Shown: piece after piece, positions 1-12,600 of the stretch
How positions within the stretch are numbered: position 1 is the stretch's first letter
Layout of the letters: every line of letters begins with the position of its first letter
DNA from: an uncultured virus (IMG/VR IMGVR_UViG_3300028591_000105)
Lineage: Duplodnaviria > Heunggongvirae > Uroviricota > Caudoviricetes
Direction: 5' to 3' (one strand)
IMG/VR virus record: IMGVR_UViG_3300028591_000105
DNA length: 64,000 bases
Translations under genes and position numbers: made by a program
The notes under the pieces: generated by a model
The model's input: the letters and a program-made list of their open reading frames with translations, nothing else
What the model was told of the DNA's origin: nothing
Database searches by the model: none

Positions 1-2691
1 GGTTCAATAGTAGGTCCTGGAAGAGGTAGCTCTGTATGTTTCTTATCTAATTATCTTTTAGGAATAACTTAGCTTGACCCGATAGAATGGGAGCTTCCCT
101 ATTGGAGATTCTTGAATGAAGAACGTGTTGAGCTACCCGATATTGATATAGACCTAGCTCCATCAAAAAGACCTGAAATATTTAAACGTATTAGAGAAGA
201 GCGTGGTGAATTAAATGTGCTTCAAGTATGTACTTTTGGCACAGAAGGTACAAGAAGTGCAATTGCTGCTGCCGGCAGAGGTTATCGAAGTGAAAAGTAT
301 CCAGATGGATTAGAGGTAGAAATAACTCAATATTTATCGAGTTTAGTACCAATGGAACGTGGCTTTCTTTGGTCAATAGATGAAGTTATTAATGGTAATG
401 TCGAAAAAGATCGTAAACCTGTACAAGCCTTTATAGATGAAGTTTCTAAATATCCTGGTTTATTAGAGCTGATTCAATCTATTGAAGGACTTATTTGCCG
501 CCGAGGCATTCACGCGAGTGGAGTAATACTTTATAATAATAGTCCTTTTGAAACCAATGCTATCATGCGCAGTCCTGATGGCACTCTCACAACATAGTTC
601 GATCTTCATCAGTCTGAGTGGGCTGGCGACGTAAAATATGACTATTTAGTTACTGAAATATGTGATAAGCTAACCTCTTGTATTGAGCTGCTCCAGCGCG
701 AGGGATTAATAGATCCGAATAAAAAACTGAGAGAGGTTTATAATGAATATCTTCATCCGGCAGTATTGAATTTGGACGATAGTAAATTATGGGACGCATT
801 GGCTGAAGGCTCTGTCCTTGATGTATTCCAGTTCAGTACGGGAGTCGGATTGGCAACGGCAAAGCAAGTTAAACCTCGTAATCCTACTGAATTAACTTCC
901 GCAAATGCTCTAATGCGTCTTATGGGAGAAAAAGGGAAGGAGCGGCCGCTTGATAGATATTGCCGTATTAAGCAAGATATAAATAGATGGTACGATGAAG
1001 TAAGAGCAATAGGTTTAAGTGAAGAAGAAATAAAAGTTCTTGAACCTTATTATGTACCTAATTACGGAGTGCCGGCTAGCCAAGAAGACCTTATGATGGT
1101 TTGTCTTGACCCAAAACTAGCTCATTTTACACTTAAAGAGGCCAATGCCGCGAGAAAAACCGTGGCTAAAAAACATATGGGCGAAATACCTGCATTACAC
1201 GATAAGTTTGTTAATCAATGTCCAAATACTAGACTTGGTGAGTACGTATGGGAAACTACCATGGGACCTTAGATGGGTTATGCATTTGCTCGACCTCACG
1301 CCCTTGCATACAGCTTCGTAGGTATCCAAACTCTCTATCTTGCCACCAACTTTCCACCCATCTTCTGGAATTGTGCTTGCTTAATAGTAAGCGCCGGCGG
1401 AACAGATTTGCTTAATATGGATTTTGATGATGAAGAGACTGATGAAAAGAAAAAGAATAAAAATGTCGATTATGGTAAAATTAGTAAAGCAATAGGAGAA
1501 TCAAAAGAAAAGGGAATTAAAATTGCTCCACCAAATATAAATCATTCTGACTTAATATTTAAACCAGACCTTTATAATAATCAAATCTTATATGGACTTA
1601 AAGGGATATCTCGTATAGGAACAGATTTAGTTTATGAAATATTTAAACATCGTCCATATACATCTATTTCTGACTTTTGCAAAAAGGTAAAAGTTAATAA
1701 ACTTCAAGCAACTTATCTTATAAAATCTGGTGCTTTTGACGATTTATACGGCGGTGACAGAGAAAAAGTGATGAAAGAGTACTTATCTTCTGTCGCTGAC
1801 CAGAAAAAGCGCATTACTCTTCAAAATATGAATATGCTTATAGAAAAAGATTTACTTCCTGAAAATTTAGACTTGGAAAAAAGAATATTTAATTTTAACA
1901 AGTATCTCAAAAAATTTAAGAAAGATAAGTACTACATTCTTGATGATGTGTCTTATAATTTCTTTACTAAAAACTTTAATGAAGATTACCTTGAAGATAT
2001 TCATGTTGAAGACAATAATAGTAGTGCAAAAATACTTCAAACAAAATGGGATAATATTTATAAAACTGCTATGAATCCAGTAAGAGATTGGATGAAAGCA
2101 AATCAAACAGAAATTCTTAATACTTTAAATACTACTTTATATCAAGAAACATATAATAAATATGCCTCTGGCTCGCTATCTGAATGGGAAATGGAATCAT
2201 TAAGTTTCTATTATCACGACCATGAGTTAGCAAATCTCAATACAAGAAAGTATGGAATAGTTGATTTCAAGTATCTTAGTGAAGAGCCAGTAGTTGACCG
2301 TCAATTCACAACTAAAGATGGTAATGAAATAACCCTATTTGAAATAAGCCGTATTGCAGGTACTGTTATAGACAAAGATAAGAACAAATCTGAAATTATA
2401 CTGCTGACAACAAGCGGTGTAGTTACTGTAAAAGTTTGGAAGAATCAATATGCCAAATGGGATAAACAAATATCTGAACGTGGTGAAGATGGTAAAAAGC
2501 ATGTTGTCGAGAAGAGCTTCTTCTCGAAGGGCACTAAGTTAATTATCACTGGTATACGCAGAGGAGATAATTTTATTCCTAAAAAATATAAGTCTACTGA
2601 ATATCCTTTATTTGAGAAAATAATATCTTTAAGTGAAGATGGTTCTACAATAGTAGACTTTGCGACTGAAAGAGCGGAGGTAGAAGAATGA
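1..2691 (+). CDS. dnaE: DNA polymerase III alpha subunit (5' end outside window), TAG=Gln
   Basis: GPGRGSS, GIT*LDP, RFLN.ER..LPDIDID, GIHASGV, KYDYL, GYAFARPHALAYS motifs; track ORFs 112, 766 and 1273 share one frame broken only by TAG at 70, 595 and 1270; ends TGA. Confidence 0.95.
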
Positions 2692-3626
2692 GTTCCATTG
2701 GACTCTATGATTTAGACTTGCTTCATTCTCCTAAATCTTGGCCAAACCTTGAGCTTATGAAAGTATATAATTACTTTCATAAGCAAGGAGACCAAGTAAT
2801 ACTAATGAATAAAAAGGAAGATGAAGGACGATATAATAAAATCATATATTTCAAAGATAATAAAAAACTTCAAATTCCAAAGGGGATAAATGTAATTGGT
2901 AGAAATAAATAGATATATGGAGAAGGTTTTTTTAATACCTTTTCCCCCTTGCCAGAAAAATATTCCATTTCGCCGCCGGACCCAATAGTTTATCTAACAG
3001 TTTGTAACAAATTTAAAACTATTAAATGGAATAATTTTATAAGAAGTTCAATTGTAAGATTTTCTAATAATGATATGACAGGTTATAAACCAGAAGCAAA
3101 AGACCTTTATATTGTTGATAGAGATTTTTGCGCACTAGAGGGCGCGGCAGATTTCTTACTAGAATACAAACAAAAAACAATTCACTTTTTCCACACTTTA
3201 AGAATAACTTCAATTGAAGATTATAATTTATTTAGTCGCTTTACTTTAATACTATCAAAACCTTTATTTATAGATTTTAAATTTAATAAGGAGTTTTTAT
3301 TAGAAAACATTAATGAAAAACTTCACTTTAATGTATATACCCCTCAAGCAGAAGAAACAGATAAGGATTTTAAAATAAGGACTATTAAAATGGGGATAAT
3401 TATAAAAAATAAAAAAGCACTATTTATTTATAATCAAATTTTTATGAGAGATAGATTTTAGAGCTATATTGCAAAATGGATTGCTGCGCCGGCATAGAAT
3501 ACTTATGCTTAGTATTATAAAGATAATAAAGAAGCCTTGGCTTTTATGAATAATGCCTCAACAGAAATACGCTTATTATTAAAATCTAATCCTTAGACTA
3601 CTAATATTGAAATAATTGACTTTTGA
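2688..3626 (+). CDS. hypothetical protein, N-terminus resembling phage radical-SAM-associated family (IGLYDLD...PNLELMK..YFH..GD), TAG=Gln
   Basis: track ORFs 2688 and 2949 in one frame joined through TAG; continues through further TAGs to TGA at 3624; no CxxxCxxC seen. Confidence 0.7.
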
Positions 3627-3644
3627 ATAAAAAGGTGGTATAAT
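3616..3644 (+). promoter_or_regulatory. sigmaA/sigma70-type promoter
   Basis: TTGACT-17 bp-TATAAT with TG extension, upstream of AAGGAGG RBS of 3670. Confidence 0.8.
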
Positions 3645-3669
3645 TATTATAAATAAAGGAGGAATAAAA

Positions 3670-3852
3670 ATGAATGAACTTAAAGATAAATTAGATATAC
3701 TTAATTTCAAACTAAAAACTAAAAAAGTTGAGTTAGATAGAATCTCAATAAATACTTTTACTTACAATCCTAAAATTACAGAACTATCTCATGAAATAAA
3801 AGAATTAGAGAAAGAAAAACATGAAATTCTTTCTCAGATGGAGGGCGAATGA
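3670..3852 (+). CDS. small coiled-coil hypothetical protein
   Basis: AAGGAGG RBS, 60 aa, stop overlaps next start. Confidence 0.75.
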   Translation: MNELKDKLDILNFKLKTKKVELDRISINTFTYNPKITELSHEIKELEKEKHEILSQMEGE

Positions 3853-4571
3853 GTAATTTATTTGATTTAACTCTAGAAGACGAAAAAGGCAATTTAAAGT
3901 CAAAAGAAGAAATATTAAAAGAGTTAGGAGATTTTTATGATTCTTTATTGAATCCTAACTAGTTTTCTGGTAAAGAATATTATGAAAAAATAACTAAACC
4001 TGCGGATTTATTAGATTTAGACTTAGTACGAGAGAATGATAATTTTTTCCAACGTGCAATTTATATTAATGAAGAAATGAATGATGAATTAGTTCAATAT
4101 GTCCATCAAACAATTAAGTTTTATAATATAATAGATAAAGACAAAGCTGTTGAAGAAAGAATGCCTATTAATATTTATATCAATACACTTGGCGGCGATA
4201 CAGATTGTTGTTTAGGCATTTGTTCTTCAATTTTAGCAAGTATTACTCCTGTATATACATGGAATATAGGTAAAGCATATAGTAGTGGATTTATTATTTT
4301 ATTATGTGGAACTAAAAGATTTGGATTCAAACATTCTCAATATTTATTTCATTTAGGTTATGCTTATAAAAGTGGAGATTATCATAAGTTTATGGATTTT
4401 GCAGATTATTATCCTACATATATAAAAGATAATATAAAAAAATTAGTTCTTGACCATTCTGAATTAACAGAAGAGGGATTCAACTCTTTAATAAAAGATG
4501 ACTGGTGGTTTTCATCAGAAGAGGCTCTATCATACGGTTTTATAGATGAAATTGCTGATAATATTATATAA
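3849..4571 (+). CDS. clpP: ClpP-like serine protease, TAG=Gln
   Basis: INIYINTLGG, GKAYSSG (catalytic Ser position), YLFH, DWWFSSEEALSYGFIDEI; ATG 3849 with GGAGG, one TAG at 3960. Confidence 0.85.
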
Positions 4572-4586
4572 TGGAGGTATTAACCA

Positions 4587-5411
4587 ATGGCAGAAAAAAT
4601 CGATATTTCAAAAAATTAGAATAACACTATTGAATCTTTTGTCAAAATAATGTCTAATAGCAGTGCTCCTCTTGACCAAAATTCTCTAGATGCTTTTACA
4701 GCAATGCTAGAGTTAGAGGATGTTAAGTTTGATGCGATATATGATACTCTAATGCAGGGTATCAATGAAGGATTTGAAAACGAAGGCGTTAGATAGGACT
4801 TAATTGCCGCCCTTCGTAGGACACCTATTACAAACATAGAAGAGGAAAGAAAATCTGCTGAGGATTTTATTAATAATATAAAGGAAGCAGACCTATCTAA
4901 AAATAAAAAGAACTTCCTTATCTCAATTGTGGAAAAAGGAATTTTAGCTGTTATTGATGTAATAGATAACCCAAGAGAAAAAGTTAAAGTTCAGATTGAA
5001 AAGATAGATCCAAATGCAAAGATTCCTGAATATGCTCATAATACAGATGCCGGCGCAGATGTATTTGCATTAGTAGAAACTACTATTTAGCCTGAAGAGA
5101 CGACTTTAGTTAAAACAGGATTGCGGCTAGCAATCCCTAAGGGGTATGAAATTCAAGTTAGACCTCGTAGTGGACTAAGTCTTAAAACAAATCTCCGTAT
5201 TGCAAATGCTCCTGGTACTATTGATGCAGATTATAGAGGCGAACTATGTATCCTTATGAGTAATATTGGTACAAAGCCTTATACCATTAATGCAGGAGAT
5301 AAAGTTGCTCAATTAGTAATAGCTCCAACACCAATGATGGTCTTTGAAGAAACTTCTATTTCAACTGAAACAGATAGAGGGGAAGGCGGTTTTGGAAGCA
5401 CTGATGCCTAA
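4587..5411 (+). CDS. dut: trimeric dUTPase with ~130-aa N-terminal extension, TAG=Gln
   Basis: DAGADV, RPRSGLS, GTIDADYRGE, GDKVAQLV, RGEGGFGST; ATG 4587 with GGAGG; TAG at 4617, 4794, 5088. Confidence 0.92.
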
Positions 5412-6142
5412 TGGGGAAACGTATTACCTATGAAGAAGTAAAAGAATCTATTGAAAGCCAAGGTTGGACGTTAGTATCTGAATCTTATAAGAATTTAAAA
5501 TCAGGCTTAGATACTCTTTGTCCCAATGGACATAATGTAAGTATAACCTACGAAGATTGGCGAAAAGCAAATGGAAGTTATGATTGTCCAATTTGTATAA
5601 GACAGCCTGTTAAAAAAATCAATGATAAGACTCCAAAGAAAAAAGAAGGTTTTCGCATCCTTGCTATAGACTAGGCAACTGGAACTAGTGGATGGGCAGT
5701 TATGGATGGAAAACGATTAATTAACTATGGAGATTGGTCTACTACTGCGAACCATTCAACAGGTAAAATTTCACAAGTTAAGGCTTGGCTAGACTATATG
5801 GTACAAACAGTTAATCCAGATGAAATTATTCTTGAAGATATTCAGCTTTAGAAGTTCGACGGCGGCGAAGCAGTAACAACTTATAAAAAACTTGCTCACT
5901 TATAGGGAGTATTAAAAAACTACTGTTATGAAAATGGTATTCCTTATAAAATAATTCCGCCAGCAACTTGGCGATAGTATTCAAATATAAAAGGAAAAAC
6001 ACGTACCGATAGAAAACATAGCGCTTAGTTAAAAGTAAAAGAAATTTATGATATAAATGCAAGTCAAGATCAAGCAGATGCAATATTAATTGCACGTTGC
6101 GCCGCCGCTGAAAAGTCGGCAAGTGCAATGATTACTTTTTAA
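5411..6142 (+). CDS. ruvC: RuvC-like Holliday junction resolvase with N-terminal Zn-ribbon, TAG=Gln
   Basis: CPNGH..CPIC then ILAID*ATGTSGWAV, IILEDI, DQADAILIA; ends TAA 6140. Confidence 0.8.
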
Positions 6143-6222
6143 AAAAAAGAGCCTAGTTAAACTAGACTCTTTTCATAAATATCTCCATTAAAGGGAGGGC
6201 GGCAATAGTCGCCCTCTTTTTA
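6141..6222. terminator. convergent intrinsic terminators
   Basis: AAGAGCCTAGTT-AAACTAGACTCTTTT and GAGGGCGGC-AATA-GTCGCCCTCTTTTT hairpins between converging operons. Confidence 0.75.
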
Positions 6223-6588
6223 TTTTACCTAATAAGCGCACCACATATATCTATTTGATGGATTAAAAGTATCATAAATAATTCCATCTATAATACAAGT
6301 AATGTGACCACTCATAGTAACTAGCCATCGTCCTGGAAGATTTAAAGTAGCAAAATCTCCTACTGTCAATACTTTTTCTTCAGTCTAGCAATAGCGAGGA
6401 TATTGTTTACTTAAATATTCATTAATAAATTCTACTTCTGAGAAAGTAATGCCCTAACTCCGAGCATAATCAGAAAGTTCTGAATAAGTAGTATCCCAAG
6501 AGCGACCTGTAGCTAGTGCAATTGCTCTAACTGCACAATCACTCACATGCCGCTCAAAGGGATTGTTATTATAATACTAATAATGCAT
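6220..6588 (-). CDS. conserved phage protein, putative Cys/His peptidase-like, TAG=Gln
   Basis: NNNPFERHVSDCAVRAIALATG...GHITCIIDGIIYDTF; absent from ORF track because of TAGs. Confidence 0.7.
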
Positions 6589-7085
6589 TAAACATTCTTT
6601 AACTTATTAATATACTTTCTAATTGCTTCTTTCTCCTAAGAAGTTTCTACATTATCCATCATGTATTCAACAAAATTTACTAATGCTCCCATAGCCATTT
6701 CTACACCATCAATCATTCTCTCTTTAGATTCACCATCTCGATAACGACGTCTTCCTTCATTATAATTATAAAGACCTTCTCTCATGCGCTCTAAATGTCT
6801 TTCTTCTCTATCATTAAGAGGATAGTATCTATCATGATTGTATGAATCTCCACGATAGTCTCCATTGTAGCTGCCGCGGCCTTCATCATAGTTATTATAG
6901 CGGCCTCTTGAATCTCGACCTCTTGCGCCATAAGAATCTCCACTCATATCTTCATAATAACATGCCTCTTTTATGTCCTTGTAAATATCTATTAGTTTAT
7001 AAGCAGTATCAAGATTTGATGAGGTGAGACCTTTTTCGCCTATGCTATCAAGTTCTTTCTTAACTTTTCTTAAAAGTTCGTCCAT
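6588..7085 (-). CDS. hypothetical protein (Arg/Gly/Tyr-rich, RGRDSRGRY), TAG=Gln
   Basis: track ORF extended through TAG 6636 to TAA 6588, overlapping next ATG. Confidence 0.8.
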
Positions 7086-7492
7086 TAACCTTCACCTCCT
7101 GTTGTTGCTGTATCTGCAGGAATTGGAATTGAGGGTGCGGCGGCAGCATTGCACCCATTGCATCCAATATTATCTAACAATCTAAAAACTCCACTTTGTA
7201 TATTAGTTCTCACCACACATGGATATATACTTCTTGATGCTATATTACAAGCACTTGCATTGGTGCAATTAGAGTTTACTAGAGGATAGATAGTTGTTTC
7301 ATCATCTCCGATTGTTATGCCCACAGAAGCAGCAATAGTTGTATCTTCAGGAATCTCCTAACCAATTACTAAGCAATATTTCTAACCATTATTGTAGCTG
7401 CCGGCTGGAATATTTATTAATAGATTAGGAGCAGTAAAGGTTACTGACTCTGAAAAGATAAAATTCTTACATAATCTGTTTGGACATGCCAT
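7085..7492 (-). CDS. Cys-rich hypothetical protein (MACPNRLC...), TAG=Gln
   Basis: AAGGTG RBS, ATG 7492, two TAGs, ends TAA overlapping next ATG. Confidence 0.75.
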
Positions 7493-7503
7493 TAGCAATC
7501 ACC

Positions 7504-8424
7504 TTAGAAATTGCCGCAGCCGCAACCATTAATTCCATTGTACCCAATAGACTGATATGGGCTAGCAGTAATATAAGCAGGTCTGCTTATTGGCTGTAGA
7601 GAGTTAAGAAGCTGTTCAGTTTGAGCTGCCTGAGAAATTTGGAACTTAGCGCTCTGAAGTTCAGTTCTAAGTTCATCCATTTCTTTCTGGTTCATGTAGT
7701 CAATTAATCTATCGCCAAGTCTATCAATACTTACTAATGTAGAGTTCTGATTCTAAGCCATTAGATACTTAATATCATCCTGACCACGTTCAATATCACA
7801 AGCATTGGTATTAATAGCAGTAGTAATAGTATTAAATCCAGCCTGATTATTGAAATTAGACTGCATGATAGCTTCACGGTTTTCACAGCAGCACTGTGCT
7901 CTCTGATAATCACTATTTGCAATTGCAGACTGGATAGCATTAAATCCATTATTGATATTTGAATTTAATCCGTTAAAACCATTACATAGTGAACTTTGTA
8001 CACCATTAAAACCTTGCAATGTATTCATATCTGATGCTGCAAAGCTAGCTTGAATTGCAGTACCTAAATTAGTAGTAGCAAGGTTATTCTGATAAAATCC
8101 GTCTACTACAGAGTCATGAGTAGATGTAATGCCATTACTTAAAGCATTGAAATTAAATGCATCAGTAACACCCTATTGTGTAGCAGGAGCGCAACAGCTT
8201 GTGCCGCCCCATCCACTGCCCCAGCCGCCAGTAGGAACAACAACAGTATTCACACCGTCACCTCCATTACCATAACCGCCAAATCCGCGGCCGAACATTC
8301 CGAGGAAAAGGATAAGAATAATTACCCACCAGGCGCCAGAGCCTCCTCCGAAAATGTTACCATTGTCATCATTGTCCCTAGACAGAGCAAGAGCATCTGC
8401 TACAGATAATCCTTTTTCGTCCAT
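7504..8424 (-). CDS. Gly/Asn/Cys-rich protein with N-terminal TM helix and C-terminal GCGCG, TAG=Gln
   Basis: track ORFs 8173, 7753 and 7504 share one frame joined by TAG; WWVIILILF, QCCCENR motifs. Confidence 0.85.
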
Positions 8425-8466
8425 AAAATACCTCCATTAAATATTATATATTTCACGCTTAATAGA

Positions 8467-8700
8467 TTATTTTAGTAAAGACATGAAATTACTAAACTCT
8501 TTATTTAAATCCATTCCATTTTGCTAAAACATCTAAGAAGCGAGATTAACTAAGCTATTTGTATCACCGCCCTAAGCAAACTCAATTAATGAGTTTATAT
8601 TAGGGTCATTAATACCATTGTTTTTTATCATTTGAAGTGCAACATTTTTAGGATCTCGCCCTCTCATGAGCGAAGCAAGTGTTGCTATATCTTTCATCAT
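8467..8700 (-). CDS. hypothetical protein (MMKDIATLASLMRGRDP...), TAG=Gln
   Basis: AGGAGG RBS, three in-frame TAGs, TAA stop. Confidence 0.75.
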
Positions 8701-9098
8701 ATATCAAAACCTCCTTTTTGTTTTGGTTTTGCCTATTCTAATGCGCTAATGCGTTCATCATAAGATTTGAGTTGTGCAATTAATTGTTCTATTACATTGT
8801 TCTCTTCACTCTGCGCCGGCGCAGCAACATTTTCTTCATTTCCTGTAAGTGGCTCTATTTTATAGGGATAAAATAGAGGATTGCCATTTTGCATTGTCTT
8901 TATATACATTACATTTTCTGGAAGACATAAAGCAATAGACATGCCGGCTCCCACAGGAACGTTTGCAACTTCTAAAGTTGAATTAATTTGATAAACGTTA
9001 CCTTGTGGCTAAGGAAAAAGTGGCTGAACTGTTTGATTTTGTGTCACTATGCCGGGCTGTGGCGGCATAGTATGATTTGCATTATAACCGTATGGCAT
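8697..9098 (-). CDS. Pro/Gln-rich hypothetical protein, TAG=Gln
   Basis: GAGGTG RBS, ATG 9098, two TAGs, TGA overlapping next ATG. Confidence 0.75.
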
Positions 9099-9233
9099 AT
9101 TATTCACCTCGATTTATTTTTCTTTGCATTAAATATGTGGAAAATACACAAATTCCATCGAGAGAAGATAAGTAAATTTTGTAAAAATTCTACAAAAACT
9201 AAAGGGCGGCAAGAAGTAGTTTGTTAAAAATAA

Positions 9234-9266
9234 ACAAAAAAAAAAGAGGACGCATAATGCGTCCTC
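9234..9266 (-). terminator. intrinsic terminator ending the virion operon
   Basis: GAGGACGC-ATTAT-GCGTCCTC followed by long T run on minus strand. Confidence 0.8.
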
Positions 9267-9287
9267 ATAGGAATATTAGTTATTCTT

Positions 9288-9665
9288 TTATTCTTTTATA
9301 AATGGTTCGAGTACTTCTAATTCACCGAGAGTTAAGCCTAAATTTTCAAGTTCGTCAAGTGAGAAATAGAGGTCTGGAATTTGAATCTCAACGGAATCTA
9401 TCTCTTCAATTGCTTGATTTAACTCGTCTACTTTATCTATCTAAACTCTTATGCCGCCATCCTCAGTGACAATTGGCTACCCATTTTCATCGAGTTCAAA
9501 AAAACGTTGAAGGCCGGCGCGTTGTTCGTGATAGATTTCAAGTTCTTCTGCAAGAGCTCTGTTGAGTTTTAGGAATTTATATTGAGTTTGAATAGAGAAT
9601 TGTTTTGAAGAAAGATTGGTGATAATCTGAGAAAGACTATCGAGTATTGAACGTTTAATTAGCAT
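9288..9665 (-). CDS. hypothetical protein downstream of tail-tip gene, TAG=Gln
   Basis: GGAGG RBS; reads through TAG 9477 to TAA 9288. Confidence 0.75.
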
Positions 9666-9678
9666 GGTACTACCTCCA

Positions 9679-12600
9679 TTAAGTATTATTTGAAATAAAG
9701 AATTTTTTACCTTTCATATGATGTATGATATGTGATATTGCTCTTTTTAAATTATCAATTTTAGTTCCTATATTTTCATTGTTATCATCATAAGGATATT
9801 CACCACTTGTTGCTCCATTCCAATCACTATCACTAGTAGGAAGAGTCCAAGTGTTATTCAACTTATTAGTTATACTATCAATAATTGACTAAACTGAATC
9901 TCCCTCTAATTTATCAACATCTATAATTAATGCATCACTTGTAATTTTAATACCTGCATTTGTAATATCTACTTCATCCTTACCAGTAAAACTTGTTCCA
10001 TTGTGGTCTTTAATTATTCCTCCAAAATAAGCCGTTCCATTTTCTGTGACAGTAAATAGATTCCTATTGTCATTACTTATTGAAAATACTCTATTAAGAT
10101 TACTAGTTCGATTAGTAAAATTTGTATTATTAATATAAACTTTAGTTTTTCCACTATATGCTTTCATCTATCCAGCCAGTTTTATAGTAGCTCCCTATCC
10201 ATCTTCAGAGGTTTCAAAAATTATATTTCCACTATTATCATACAGATAGAATCCAATATCTTGACCACAATCTTCTTCATCACTAGCTTTACCAGATGCT
10301 CCACTGTAAGCATATCCTGCACGAAGTTTAACATTCCCATTTTTAATAACAGATAGTCCAAACTTATTAAATAAAGCATAGTCATTAATATTATCACCGG
10401 TTGTAGAAGCATTTTGCGGGTCACGATATGCCGCTATGCCATTTTTATCCCACATAAAATAAACATAGTTGCCATCTACTATTCTTACTTTACTTGCATC
10501 AAGAGTACCTACTTTAATATAATCGGCATTAATACCGCTAGGTCCAACACCAACATTCCAACTCTAACCGCCATTGTTACTGAACTATAATCCCTATCCA
10601 TCTAACTAATACTAATTAGCATGGTTATTAATATCAGAACCCTTCTGGCCGCCGGCATCAAGTTGTATATTATTTTCACTTGTAGAAAGTAAAGTTAAAT
10701 TGTTACTGTCTAAAGTACCTTGCAAACTACTTTCTTCTACATTTTGCAACGAAGTAAAATTAGAAGAGCGTTTATAGATATTCTAATTAAACTATAAAGA
10801 TTGTACACTTGCAGTTACCTATTTAAATAAGTCCTCAAATTGTGTTGTAAAGTTCTATACTGTAATACTATCCTTTGAAGGTTCATCTAAATTTTCATTT
10901 AATTCTGAGATAAGTATTTTGAATTTATTAAGTAATCCACTCTTTTTATCTATACCAAATATTTCCTCATCTTCAATAAAAGAAGTGTCTGCAACGTCAA
11001 TTTCATAATCTTCATAGCCAGGTAGTTTAGAAATGCCGATTACTTTAATACTATATTCTACATTTGGAATTGCACCCTCTGCCGCGACCTCAAGCGCGCC
11101 ATGATAGTAAGCATTATCAGTAAGGTAATTACTATCAGTCCAAGTTCCTTCTTTTAAATATGGCTCATATTTTTTAAAGAAAGCGGATGAAATTTCATTG
11201 ATTTTCTTTAAGTAACTAGCCCTTTCTTTTTTCCACGCTTGTATCTAAAGAAACTCTCTATTAAACTGACCTAACATACCTTTCATATAAGTATGTTTAC
11301 CAAGCCATTTTTCTCGTATATCAGAAGCAAAATCAAAATTATTTATCCATTCAGTTGGACGGTTTGAATCTTCTGAGGTGACATTATTATCTATAACACC
11401 ATTTGTGTAAAAAGTATCAAGAATTAGCTAATTAAGAATTTGCTCTTGTTCACTATATTTTATTAAATAATTATTATAAGCATTAGAACTATTTTTATTG
11501 TCTTCACTAAGAGTTTTATTACTTTTATATTTCTCTAGTGTTAAAGCATATTTTCGTAGCTATTTAATTGCAGTCTCTATACCGTCTAAATTTACATTCA
11601 CATTAGCTTCTAATTCTGTATAAGAAGAATTAGTTAAATTAATAATTTTATTTGATAAGTTATCATATTGAGTATTGTAAAAACCTAATGTTTTTAAATA
11701 TCCATTTATCTTAGAATTACTATTCTTCTTAGTTCCATATAAATCCTATTCTACACTATCTTTATCTAGCATACCTTTTGCTATATAATAAGATAAGTCC
11801 AGTATAAAGCTATCTTTAGAAGGATTATCCTCTGCAGTCTTTATTGAACATAATCCAGTACGAGATATATCTGAATCAACATCTTGTACATATAATTTTG
11901 TCACAATTTTATCAGATTTAATAGTACGACTAATATCAGAAAGGTTTTTATGATATCTAAAACCAGCGAGACTATCATTTCCTTTTTCTTTAATAAAGAA
12001 AATACGTTTATCTGGAATGCCATCGTCATTAGTTTTAATACGACCTATGCTATCATGTTCTGTATGATAAATAGGATAGCACTCAAATACTTTACTTAGT
12101 TCTTGAGTTAAATTAAAACGATTAGACTTTTCGCCTTTAAGAGTTCTTATTTTACGACAGTGTTTTTCAGTCTAAAATCTATAAGGACAATATCCATATA
12201 GCTAATACATACAAACTCCCGTCTTATTATCAGAATGAGAGCAATCTTTTTCATTTACCCCAGCAGTCTGGCTATAATTTTCACAAAAGTCTAAATTAAT
12301 ATAATTAGTTTGTATCTCATAATCTTCCTCACTATATTTTGCCGCATCGAGGGGAAGTTTATTATTGCCAATATTTTTCGATGCAATAAACTCTTTAGCT
12401 CCCATTGTATCATAGCCTTTATTATTAACAAGTAATCTTTGAATATAATATTGCTAATACTCATAGGTATCACCTGGCATAATATCTTCTTCAAAAAGAA
12501 TCATTTGAGAAAGTTGTTCTTTTGTATATTCTCCTGAATAATAATACTTGCTATTCTCATGTGCCCATGTGGGATTAATCAGATTTCTTCCGCTGTATTT

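Noticed and set aside
595..1272. Intron or intein splitting dnaE
   Set aside because: Sequence between fragments is in-frame polymerase sequence (FDLHQSEWAGDVKYDYL); no inserted element
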